32,098 nt of DNA, from positions 1 to 32,098 of the forward strand of contig JAUCBJ010007466.1 of assembly GCA_032718475.1 (NCBI GenBank). Reading direction: 5' to 3'. Of this stretch, positions 1 to 10,663 are shown piece by piece. Under the pieces are notes generated by a model that did no database searches, was not told the DNA's origin, and worked only from the letters and a program-made list of their open reading frames with translations. The stretch is from Nemertoderma westbladi. Taxonomy: Eukaryota; Animalia; Xenacoelomorpha. Made by a program: the position numbers and the translations under genes. Each line of letters begins with the position of its first letter. The first letter of the stretch is position 1.

Positions 1-57
1 TCTAGAAGACATTCTAATTTGGCGGGTTAAACTGCCAAAGGTCTGAAAGCGCGAACA
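1..57 (+). repeat. 3' end (U5) of an upstream A-family LTR copy, head-to-tail with the next LTR
   Basis: Matches 1099-1155 and 14436-14492 with about 4 substitutions and ends in ...GCGCGAACA. After one G, the sequence continues into LTR sequence homologous to 13836 onward. Confidence 0.8.
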
Positions 58-58
58 G

Positions 59-1155
59 TGTTTTAGTGGACATAAAAAGCCATTTCTTCTGTATGTGTAC
101 TTTAGCGGACATAACTAGCAATTCTATGTCGCAATACGCTAAATCCTCTTGAAACAGTGTAGTTACTATGACGACAGCTAACAGCTGATCTGTACACGTG
201 TAGCTTTTCCCTTGTTCTCTGTCGTTTCTTTGTTCGGTCAACCAATCAGAGCGATTCTCCTATTATTTGTACAGAAACCTCCGGGAAATCGCGCAATGCA
301 TTATGGGTCAATGTTTACCTTTTTCCACAGCCCAGAAGACCGGCTTTGGAATCTCTGTGTTTTCAGGCTTTAGCCCAACATTAGTAGGCTTAATCACAGA
401 AACGTATATCTGTTATCTTACTTACTTAACAAATCAATCATAACTACTCACCTAATCATATTGTCAACTACAAACACCGCAATTTTACTGCTATTTACTG
501 TCGGTTATTCATTATATCAGTTGATGGAATATTATTATATTGGATAATATCGATAAATTAATCATAAAACCCTCAATCTTCTTGATATACTGAAGGTAAG
601 AGAGACTGGTTACATATAACGATTGCGACTTACATTAAAGTGGTTTTGAAGTGAATCTAATGCTATTTCATAGGAACTACATGTATCGGTCGTTGTTCTC
701 TTTATATGTGACTAAATTAGTGAAGGTCGGCAGATCGGTGTGCAGCATTGTGCAGTAGTGTGTATGATTGTTATTGATAACAAAGCATCTCCTAAAGAAT
801 GCGCTATATACGTGAATCCATAGCCATCCCGTTGTGTCTAGTGCAAGTCATAACTCTGTTTACATATTTAGAGCGCCACATCCTAAAGGAACTGTTAATA
901 TTTCCCGAAAGTGAATAATATTTGTCAGAGATTATATATTACGATCAGTCAAATAATACAGTAGGCCTACACCGCAATAAGGTTAGGCTTCCGAATCCAG
1001 TCTCCCGGGTATATCCAGTGGGTGAATGGTCGCGCATAGACTGGCTTCGGCTAATGTAGTGTATCAAATACTCGTCATAGGCTAAAGTCGATTTATTATC
1101 TAGAAGACATCCAAATTTGGCAGGTTAAACTGCTAAAGGTCTGAAAGCGCGAACA
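59..1155 (+). repeat. 5' LTR of element A (lacks the first ~96 bp of the full LTR)
   Basis: Aligns to 13836-14492 with about 8 substitutions by eye, plus a 440-bp deletion in the 3' copy. Ends ...GAACA. CCAAT box at 242. Confidence 0.9.
405..416 (+). promoter_or_regulatory. Candidate self-primer segment in LTR A (TATATCTGTTAT)
   Basis: Exact reverse complement of 1156-1167. The homologous site in LTR D (31041-31051) complements D's own post-LTR sequence. Confidence 0.7.
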
Positions 1156-1167
1156 ATAACAGATATA
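1156..1167 (+). promoter_or_regulatory. Non-tRNA primer-binding site of element A (ATAACAGATATA)
   Basis: Starts at the first base after the LTR terminal CA, has no TGG, and is complementary to 405-416. Confidence 0.7.
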
Positions 1168-1486
1168 ACTTCAATAAATACAGTTTAATATTGTTCTGGT
1201 AAGAACAATAACAGTTATTGCTTCTGTATTGCAGTAGGCAATAAAGCTGAAGTACCGGTCAACCGGTACCCAGTAGGCCTGACTACCTAACCACCCGGAC
1301 CGGTACTTACAGCCGTACAGGTACAGCAGTATTATTTCGATTGTGATATATTGTATATTGTAGGCTGTTAGGGGATTAGGGATTGATCACCCCTTATTCC
1401 TTTGTATGGTTTACTTATTTCTGTCAGTTTTATTTATTTGTAGGCTAATATTGAGCAGAAGACATGTAAGCCTGCTCAGATTGTAC

Positions 1487-1945
1487 AGATAATTTGTAGG
1501 CTGGACTGTTGTCTGACTGTTGTTAAGTCTGAAGGGACTGTAGTGTGTGTAGAGCGTATGTCCGAAAAAGTACTATTTAGGAAAGTAGGGGCTTCCAGTG
1601 CTGTGAGGTAAACCCCCTCGAAAGAATAAGTCGTACTACTCGGTTAGAACGCATACTAACTAACCATTTCAGAGTCTGCATATACTGTAGTTTGTTTAGG
1701 CTTGATAGTAGTCTGCCAGCGTTTGGTCTGTATTTTGTTTGTGTAGTCTGTACGGGTAGCGTAATATTTCTTATTTAGATAATTTGTAGGCTGGATTGTT
1801 GTCTGGCTGTTGTTAGGTCTGAAGAGATTGTGGTGTGTGTAGAGTGTTTGTTTTTTGTAGTTTGTTTAGGCTTGATAGTAGTCTGTCAGCATTTGGTCTG
1901 CATTTTGTTTGAGTAGCCTGTACGCGTAGCGTAATATTTATTATT
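1487..1945 (+). repeat. Diverged local direct duplication in the A leader
   Basis: AGATAATTTGTAGGCTGGA... occurs at 1487 and 1777; TGTAGTTTGTTTAGGCTTGATAGTAGTCTG... occurs at ~1686 and ~1856. Confidence 0.8.
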
Positions 1946-2143
1946 CAGAGTTTATGCGATTATTCGCAACATTCATATCCCCAAGTTTATTCCTACAGTA
2001 ATTGTGCTTGTTATATATACCGTTATAGTTAAACTAACCCCGGTACTACATCAGGGCTGCTTGGCGTAGGTAAAGACTGGAGATTTTGTGCTCCGGTCAC
2101 TCCGGCAGATACCGTGGTTCTCTTAGCTGTACAAGTATTTTTA

Positions 2144-2950
2144 ACTGCTGATTATTTGTTATACAAGTACTTGTACCTAATCTAGGGTTTAGTGTACAGT
2201 GCTTTCTGAAGGTAATTAGTGTGTAGGCAGTATATTTGTGTTGTAAAGTGGTTAATAGGCACGTTGGCTCTGGTAGGCCGCGGTAATTAACTTCTAGGTA
2301 GGAACACTCTGTGAAACATAACGTAGTACTTATAGCGATACGGCTATAAGTCGTCAGACGGTGGTATTTTTCCTATCTGGACAACGCAGTATATTTACTA
2401 CTGCTTATTATTTTCAAATACCGTAGTATCCTGTCCGTTGCAATAACCAGATATTCTAACCCTTTGTTAGGCTGGTTTGTAGATTTCTTGTAAAATTACC
2501 CTAAAAATTCGTACGTGTAATTTTTGTGATTATTTAGAGATTGTAATCTCACCCCGCAATTACGTAATTCGTAGATAAGTAACTTAGGCAAGTAGAAATT
2601 ATTTGTTTAGTGTCCAACAAGTAGCACTGCACTGCGAGCGCACAGCTTCTGTGTAGTGACTCCTTCCCAAAAATAATAACATCTATTTCAATATAGTAAC
2701 AAAACCCATTATACGGGTATATATATATTATAAATCAACTCAAACAGATTTATAAAATAGTAGGCCTGTCATACAACAATTAGGTCTTAATATCAGTTGG
2801 ACTACTGCTTAAATAACGGTAATAAAGTAACGCAAAGTAACCAAGCAACCCCTAAAATTCAGAAATTCAATTATTCTAAAATAATTGACATACCGGTATT
2901 TACAATAGGCTTATTATATTTATTTCAATAAATTTAGGCTGAACTTATAT
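2144..2950 (+). repeat. ~810-bp direct repeat, copy 1 (A leader)
   Basis: Colinear and highly similar to 4562-5370. Confidence 0.9.
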
Positions 2951-3389
2951 ACCCGGTACCGGTATTGTTACGGTATATGGCGCTGTATCCACATTATTAG
3001 CCATTATGCAGTATAATATATTAGTCCGTTATACTGTACGCAATATTAGTCCGTTGTACTGTACGCAATATTAGTCCGTTGTGCAGCATAATATTTTAGA
3101 TAAGATATAGTAGCGAGGTGATATTTAGATAGGGAAACCAAAACGCCCATATATTTGAATCCATCCATTTTGTATAATATGTAGCCCTACCTACGTAATT
3201 TTGTATTAGGATATATGTAGTTAGTTCCAGGGTAGCAAGTTTAGTCGGACCCTGGATTTTGTGCTTGCTGATATTAGCATCAATAGGGCTAGCATAGGGA
3301 CGCTGTCCTGGCCATTCAGCAACCAGGGACATGATCCATTACCATATATGGTAATAATTTGAGGGCAATAGGGCTACAATCCGGCCTCC

Positions 3390-3500
3390 TTATTGGACTA
3401 ACTGCTTCCAGGTTGGCCTAATGCTAGCGCGGACTGGAGAGCCAATAGGAGAGCGATTGAGTCACCCTATTGCATCACCCCACTCGGATCACCTATAAAT
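3390..3500 (+). promoter_or_regulatory. Candidate internal Pol II promoter in the A leader
   Basis: ATTGG at 3392, CCAAT at 3442 in a context (CCAATAGGAGAGCGATT) resembling the LTR's CCAATCAGAGCGATT, and TATAAA at 3494. Confidence 0.4.
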
Positions 3501-4561
3501 TGGCGGTGTGCCGGTAGAGCTGTACCTATTCCACCAACCTTACTGCCTTATAATTCGTATTTCTGCAATTTGCTATTTTCGATAATTTCTCAAAATGATT
3601 TGCTAGTGCGATTATTCTTGATTGTGTTTCTCAATTAATCCTATCGATTACTGCTAATTACAACCGGAACTATGATTTCTACCTTTTGTTAATGGTTCTA
3701 TGTGATTCCTTTCTACGCAATAATCCTAAGGGATTTCTGAGACTGTCAGACTTTGTGATTTGCAATGCGCCGCTATGGTAGCTATTAGCATAATGGAGGG
3801 CTAAGGTGCCAGTAGGCGGTGGGCACATTGGGGGGTTGAGCGACTAAGGGAGAGCGGAGGATTCAAAGGCGGGCAACGCTGGCGGGGGGTCACCGTTGCG
3901 GTCGGGTAGTTCACACTGTGGTATGCAGACCAATCGCCGGTACAGTAATTAGGGGGCTGATAATCCAGGTTTCGTCTCTAGTTAGTATTAGGGGGCAGGA
4001 ATCGGGTTAGTTAGGAATCCTATGTGTACTCGGGAGAGGCCTGCACGTATCACAGCGTTGAGTGTGGAGTACGAATAGTGAATCACACAACTGTGGGCTA
4101 TACAGTAGTTAACTGCATAATTGCGAACTGTGATTGCTGACGCTGATTGGTGTGTTATTGAAGTGTGCCTATGATTATGAATGTTTAGGTAGGCGCCCCT
4201 TTCTCTTTGATTGATTTCTATTTCTTAGTTACAACAAATAATTACTGATTAGGTCAAAGTAATTCGGCAATTTAGGCTATTACTAGCGAAACCTGTTGCG
4301 TAATAAATTAGAATTACGCATTCTGGAACTCTTAGTAATTAGTACGCTGTTACATATTTGTGACTGTAATTGATTAGTAAAAATTAAGAATTAGTACGCA
4401 GCATAGCGGAGAGTAGCTAAGGTAATAATTAGAGTACTGTAAACTATTCACGCTGAGCGGTTATTTGCATTAGCGGGCAATCAGCTAGATCGCACTATTC
4501 GGTACACACAATACGCTAGTAATTCTACTACTAATACTAATACTAATATTCTAATACTAAT

Positions 4562-5370
4562 ACTGCTGATTATTTGTTGTATAAGTACTTGTACCTAATT
4601 TAGGGTTTAGTGTACAGTGCTGTACGAGTGTATTAGTGTGTAGGCAGTATATTTGTGTTATAAAGTGGTTAATAGGCACGTTGGTTCTGGTAGACCGCGG
4701 TAATTAACTTCTAGGTAGGAACACTCCGTGATACATAACGTAGTACTTATATATGACATGAGATATAAGTCGTCAGACGGTGGTATTTTTTCTATCTGGA
4801 CAACGCAATATATTTACTACTGCTTGTTATTTTCAAATACCGTAGTACCCTGTTCGTTGTAATAACCAGATATTCTAACCCTTTGTTAGGCTGGTTTGTA
4901 GACTTCTTGTAAAATTACCCTAAAAATTCGTACGTGTAATTTTTGTGTTTATTTAGAGATTGTAATCTCACCCCGAATTGTATGTAATTTGTAGTATTAA
5001 GTAACTTAGGTAAATTAGAATTATTTGTTTTAGTGTCCAACAAGTAGCACTTCACTGAGAGCATACAGCTTCTGTGCAGTGACTCCTTCCCAGAAATAAT
5101 AACATTTATTTCAAATATCGACAAAACCCATTATAGGAGTATATATATTATAAATCAACTCAAACGATTTATAAATAGTAGGCCTGTCTTACAACAATTA
5201 GGTCTTAATATCAGTTGGACTACTGCTTAAATAACGGTAATCAAGTAAAGTAAAGTAACCAAGTAACCCCAAAAATTCAGAAATTCAATTATTCTAAAAT
5301 AATTGACATACCGGTATTTACGATAGGCTTATTATATTTATTTCTATAAATCTAGGCTGAAATTATACCG
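4562..5370 (+). repeat. ~810-bp direct repeat, copy 2 (A leader)
   Basis: Colinear with 2144-2950. Preceded by a (CTAATA)n microsatellite and followed by shorter TACCGGTATT-containing subrepeats to ~5560. Confidence 0.9.
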
Positions 5371-5691
5371 GTATTCTGTAATTAATTCTAGTCCATAATT
5401 ATACTTATATATACTATAAGTGTAAGCTGTATTGCGGTATTCACGATAGGCCTATTATATATTTATATATATTTGTGCTGAAATTATATACCGGTATTCT
5501 GTGACAAACCTAGTCTGTAATAATACTTATATATATACTATAAGCATACCGGTATTCTAATACATTGTATATATATCACGTTACACTGAGTAACAGTATC
5601 GGTAATTAATTACTAGGCTAACAGTGATACTGAATTACTAGACTTGCTTTAACTGTAATATAGCAGTAGGCATTCAACTGTGCAAACAAAC

Positions 5692-7641
5692 ATGTCTGAC
5701 ACAAAGCAAAACCTGTCAGACAGTCTCCTAGATACGACCATCTGTGACCCAGACAGGAGTGTGGAACGTGTGAGACCGAAGTTCAACTCACCTCCTACTG
5801 TAAGAAAGATCATCCCTCCAGTAGTAGTAGTATCAGACCCTAGGCTAGTCCAACACCGTAGGTCTATCATAGGCACTCGAGCTCAAGTCAAGCGAGACCA
5901 AGAAGCAGCGGAACAGCAGCAACACTCGAGCCGAGAACTTATTTCTCAGCGGTCCGACAGCTCCAGTAGTGCAGATACTGTAGAGCTGACACCCGAGTGC
6001 AGAGCAAAGATGGCGGATGCGGTTTATTCGGATCCCCTTCTCATCCTTCCTGCAGCCGTACTCACTAGGGTATTGATTGCGGTGGAGGAACACCAGATTG
6101 ATTGGTCGAGAAGTAAGCGATCGACCAAGGATAGTTATGCGGGATACACAAGGGAAGAACTGAAGTCTATTGTCGAGTCGCAATGGAACTTCCCTGGACC
6201 CGGACTCCCGTTTGACTTGTCTGAGGCTGCCTGGGAAGACATACACAGGATGGGAGTGACAAAGGAAACCAGCGATCCAGCTGAGTGGAAGAGGTCAGCA
6301 GCAGGATACGTACAGGGATTCTTCAGCTCTATGGAGCGATTAGAGGAACAACTGTTTCGACAACCCCAAGGACCTCAAGAGCAGGGAGAGCTGCTTTATC
6401 AAGTTAGAGAAAGAATTCTAAGAATCAGACTAATCTTATCGGCCTTTGAAGAAGCTTCAAAAAGAAGATAAGACACGTCGTTGCATGTTGCCGTAAAGAC
6501 TTGGTTTCAACGGGTGAGCCTCCAGGTTCAAGGAACGGCCCAGTGGAAAGCTCAGCTGGCTGAACGCTCAACCCATGGAGAATCAACAGACGCTACCTTT
6601 TCCCAAGTGGAAAGCGAAGCGACTGCAGAGAAACCGCATAAGAGGGATGCTATTGACATCTATCTGTCAGACTATCAACGCTTTGTAGGTGATGAAGAGT
6701 TGAGGAGAAGGCTGGATGGACTTAGCCCTAATAGTGAAGGAGCCAAGCTTGTGTTGGACGCAATCGATGCGGATATGAGAGCTGCGAACCAAGCTAAATT
6801 TGATGAACGCCTCCGCATCGCTAGAGTCCAAGAAGAACAAGTAAAGAAAAAACGTATAGAAGACAGAAAGATAGCAGCAGCGGCAGCAGCAGAGGCAGAA
6901 GCAGAAAGAAACGTGGCAGAAGTGGAAAGAAAAGCGGCAGAGGCAGCGACAGAGGCAAAAGTGGCAGCAGGAAGAAAAGCGGCAGAAGCGGAAAGAAAGC
7001 GAGCAGTGGCAGAAGCAGAATGAAGAGCATCTGAAGAGACCACCCAACTAGAGTTGGAAAATATTCAAGAGAATCAAGACTGCATAAATAAACAGTTAAC
7101 AGCTAGTCAAATGCAGATGATGAGTCGATCTACTCCCAAAAGACAGGGATATACATCATCTGAGGAAGGCGATACCACCGATACTGAAGGCGGAGGAAAT
7201 AGATCTCGTCTAAGCAGACGTAGAAGAATATCCCACCATCAGAAATTGCCTGATTTGCCCCCAGCTGTTAGAAGGCAACTAACTAACACAAACTTAGGTA
7301 GTACAGAACCCACAGACCAAATAATTAAAATAGAAAGACTCCCTACTATAGTAGATGAGCCTGAAATAATTAGGCCTGTTCTCGAAGCCACCCCTTCGGT
7401 GATAGAGACACCTGTACTCCCTGAACCTACCTCTAAATTCCCTCTGCACAGCACTAAGCTACCTGTGCCCCACAGAACCACCCTTGAAAATGTTCATGTC
7501 CTGGACTCCGAGCGAAATATTAATGATTTGTCGCCCGTTGTCCCTCGTCCGCCCGCTACAACGTTGGCGCCTCCCGCTTCGGCGGTCGAGTGGGTAGATG
7601 AGGGACGAAGGGGGAGATGGGTCTCCTGCTCGGGCAGCTGA
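5692..7641 (+). pseudogene. gag: N-terminal extension of Pao Gag (acidic, Ala/Glu coiled-coil and Pro-rich parts), broken by stops
   Basis: ORFs 5680-6471, 6481-7023 and 7054-7641 share one frame and are separated only by single stops (TAA 6469, TGA 7021). First ATG is at 5692. A frameshift at ~7600 leads into the Gag core. Confidence 0.7.
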
Positions 7642-9134
7642 GGGAACACCATTCCCGCTCCTCTCAGCAAGTCCAGGAGATGGAGGGGACTGTGCAGCAG
7701 TTAAAGGGAACAATTAGAGAGAGTAGGTTAGAGTTGCAAGAAGTGCAGCAAAGTATCGCGTTAGAACGCGATAAATTAGTAAATACACAAAAGGGTATAC
7801 CACCACCCCCTGTAACAATGTGTCAACCTGTTAGGTCTGAAGTATTTCATGCGCAAGGTGTGGAGCCTACACGCATCTATACTGCTAGTGAAGTGGAAAC
7901 TCCTATAGTAAACCCTATTAAGGGTAATTATAAACCTATTGATAATGATATTCCATATAGACCTGATCATAATCCGAGAAATTTATATACCGATAACTCG
8001 ATATTAAATAACACGATGGCCCAAGAAAGTTTTACGCGTCAAATGGCTAGAACCGAAGCCCGTCAAGCGGTAAAGGTGGGAGAGATCGTCAAGTTCAATG
8101 GAGATGAGATGAAATGGTTACCTTTTAATGAATATTACAAAGATAACATACAGAACTCTGTGCTATCAAATGGAGAGAAACTTAGATTCCTCATCGAGTG
8201 CTTGGAAGGATCTCCCAAGTTAATGGCGTTAAAGTTTATTGGACATCCCGATGGATTAAGACAAGTTTGGGATACCCTAAACATCAGGTATGGTAATAGG
8301 AATAACATAGCTAGGTATTTGTATGCAAAATTGGTAGCGCCCCGAAAATTCATTAGCAGCGGGATTATAGAGTTTTCCGATGAGATTCAGGAGATCTGTA
8401 GACAATTAGATTGGCTAGGTAAGTCTCATGAATATCAGAGTTCTATGGTTATTGGAGCTGTAGCCTCTACTTTACCGAAGGGTGGAGTAGGTACACGCTG
8501 GGATAAGAAAGTGTTATATATGATGGAACAGCAACGACGAGACCCTACCATGGCTGATCTCATGTCATTCTTAGATGGAGAAGTGAAATTACAGCTCCTA
8601 AAGCAGTCCAGAGAGAAGACACCGGGAAACAAGGTAAGTGAGAAACCCGTTTCTAGGAGAAAGGTAACACCAGTGTGTTATACCGACGATGGCGAAAGCC
8701 AGGCTTCTCAAGGAGAGGACAGCGGGAAAGACACTGAAAGATCTTATTATGTCAACAAAACGCCCAAAGACGTAAGTAAATGCAGGTCTCGAACCAATGA
8801 CAGGAGAGAACAGGTAAGAAAAACCCCTCCTACGTCTCCTAAGAGAATTCAGGTAAGAAAGCCCGAAGAAAGAACGAGTGTGCACAACGTTACTCAAAAT
8901 AAGGTAAGTAACATCAAACCGAAATGTGCGCTGTGTGACGGGCCCCACCGTTTGAATGTGTGTGATGAATTCCTGAGGAAATCACTCAAGGATAGACGTG
9001 AAGTCATGTGGGATAAGCGGTTGTGTTATAATTGCCTCAGACGAGGACACCAACGGCGAACCTGTTACTCCGACGCAAGGTGTGCAAAGTGCGGCGCAAA
9101 ACATCATATCTTGTTGCACACTGAATTCGAATGA
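7617..9134 (+). pseudogene. gag: BEL/Pao Gag core (DUF1759-like capsid region plus three zinc knuckles)
   Basis: Motifs KFNGDEMKWLPF and EKLRFLIECLEG...WDTLNIRYG. Knuckles CALCDGPHRLNVC, CYNCLRRGHQRRTC and CAKCGAKHHILLH; the triple knuckle is typical of Pao. Confidence 0.92.
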
Positions 9135-9185
9135 AACAGCCCGAGTCAGGTAAGTGATTCCGAACTACATGTCCAATTCAGTGAT

Positions 9186-9866
9186 GTGAACGACACTGAC
9201 CAATGTTCTGAGATGGAAGGATTCTATACGGACGAATTCTCCGACGAAGACGAATCCTGTTACATGATAAATACCGCAGTGTATCGAGCACTTACGTATG
9301 AAAAGGACACTGACAGCGAGCTCCCCCTAACTACTTCTGACCGACAACCATCTTGGAAAGCACCAACTTCCAATGTAGGAATCCGAGAATTTCCTGTAGT
9401 ACAGTTGAGGGTCCACGGACCTAAAAGGAGTTATATAGTGAACGCCCTCCTTGACTCCGGTAGCACAGGAACATTCATCGACAAAGAACTAGCCGAAGAC
9501 ATCTTTGCTGGACAACCCAAGTTCCGAACTAAGTTAAACATGTCAGGAATTATGCAGGTTTGGAAATCTACAGTAATAGCGGATTATTATGTAGGTGCGT
9601 TGTCCACCCCCCAGGATGAACTAGGAGAACACAGTATAAGGTCAGTAAAAATGATGGCGATAAAGAACTTCGCTACCAGCCAAGTAGAACCTTATAACTG
9701 GGATGAGGACGATTCCACCCAGCAGCTTAATATACCTAGATTCAACACCGATTACCCTGGAGTGCAAATACTCATCGGCCAAAATGCGCATGAGGCGCTT
9801 GAGAATTGGAGAAACGGCCTGCTCAACCGCAACCATTACAAGCCTATACGGGAAGAACTAGAGTAG
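9186..9866 (+). pseudogene. Pao aspartic protease
   Basis: VNALLDSGSTGTFI catalytic motif and VQILIGQN. Same frame as gag after a single TGA at 9132. Frameshift at ~9800. Confidence 0.9.
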
Positions 9867-10663
9867 GTTGGTACTTTACTGGCCCTTCCCGTAGAACTCT
9901 AATGGAAAGGTTACCAAAAGAACAGGTATATCAAGTAAGTGAATGGGAAGTGGAGAGCAGTGAAGTTGACGACCCAACTGAGGGAACACCATACTCCTCA
10001 GATAATGACGATATTAACTCCAATGTAGATCAATGGAGATATTGCCCCGAGACGATTAATCTAGCCGACATCGCTTCCAGAGGAGCAACTCCTCAAGAAC
10101 TGACAGATACTCCAGACTGGTTAGGTGGACCCGACTTCCTAAGTAAAGAAGATGAATGGCCTCCCCATCTTACCACGGCTGAGATTAGACAAGCCAAGGG
10201 AGCGGAGAAAGTCAAACCTAAAACCCGGACGAGTAAATCAAGGTTATTTAAACCCGTGATAGATCTGTCTGTACTACCCATTGCCAGGGACGACGCTCTG
10301 GATCTAAACTCCCCCACTGCGAACCGATCTGTTGTGGAGATCAGAGAGAGAGACTGGAGATCTGGAACACCAGACGTCTCGCCGGGACTCTCACCTCCCC
10401 TGCCGGGAGCGATGGACCACTATAGATCCTGGAATCGGCTTTGTAAGGCCATTGTGTATTTGAAGCGATGTTTCTATCGTCACTATTCCAGGACGAAGAG
10501 GAAACCTGGAATTGTCTTCGAGACACAGCAGCTCAATCGCCCAGTTGGTCGTTTATGTTTACTGGAAAGAGGCCGAGAACTGTCCGGAAACTATGGAAGG
10601 CAAGATACTCTTCCCACGACCACCTCCCTAATCCAACAAACATCTAGGGACTCCCCAACGTAA
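9806..10663 (+). pseudogene. pol: Fused Pao pol remnant: post-protease motif, post-RNase H region and integrase C-terminal tip
   Basis: TRVGWYFTGP; QWRYCP..NLADIASRG..WLGGPDFL; SWNRLCKAIVYLKR; RPVGRLCLLE. No YxDD RT motif, RNase H core or DDE core. Confidence 0.85.

Noticed and set aside
14-241. Short ORFs in the LTRs (14-241, 13824-14220, 30861-31043)
   Set aside because: They recur only because the LTR is repeated; no motifs and no frame conserved between A and D.
1118-1135. TGGCAGGTTAAAC as a tRNA PBS following ...AAGACA
   Set aside because: It is also inside the 3' LTR copy (~14455), matches no tRNA 3' end I recognise, and is one arm of a hairpin. LTR homology ends later, at GCGAACA.
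1141-1155. CTGAAAGCGCGAACA as a hammerhead ribozyme core
   Set aside because: Lacks CTGANGA and GAAA with a stem II; no closing stems found.
6667-7047. Cys/Phe-, Ala/Ser- and Leu-rich minus-strand ORFs
   Set aside because: Antisense shadows of the GCAGAA-type low-complexity repeat in gag.
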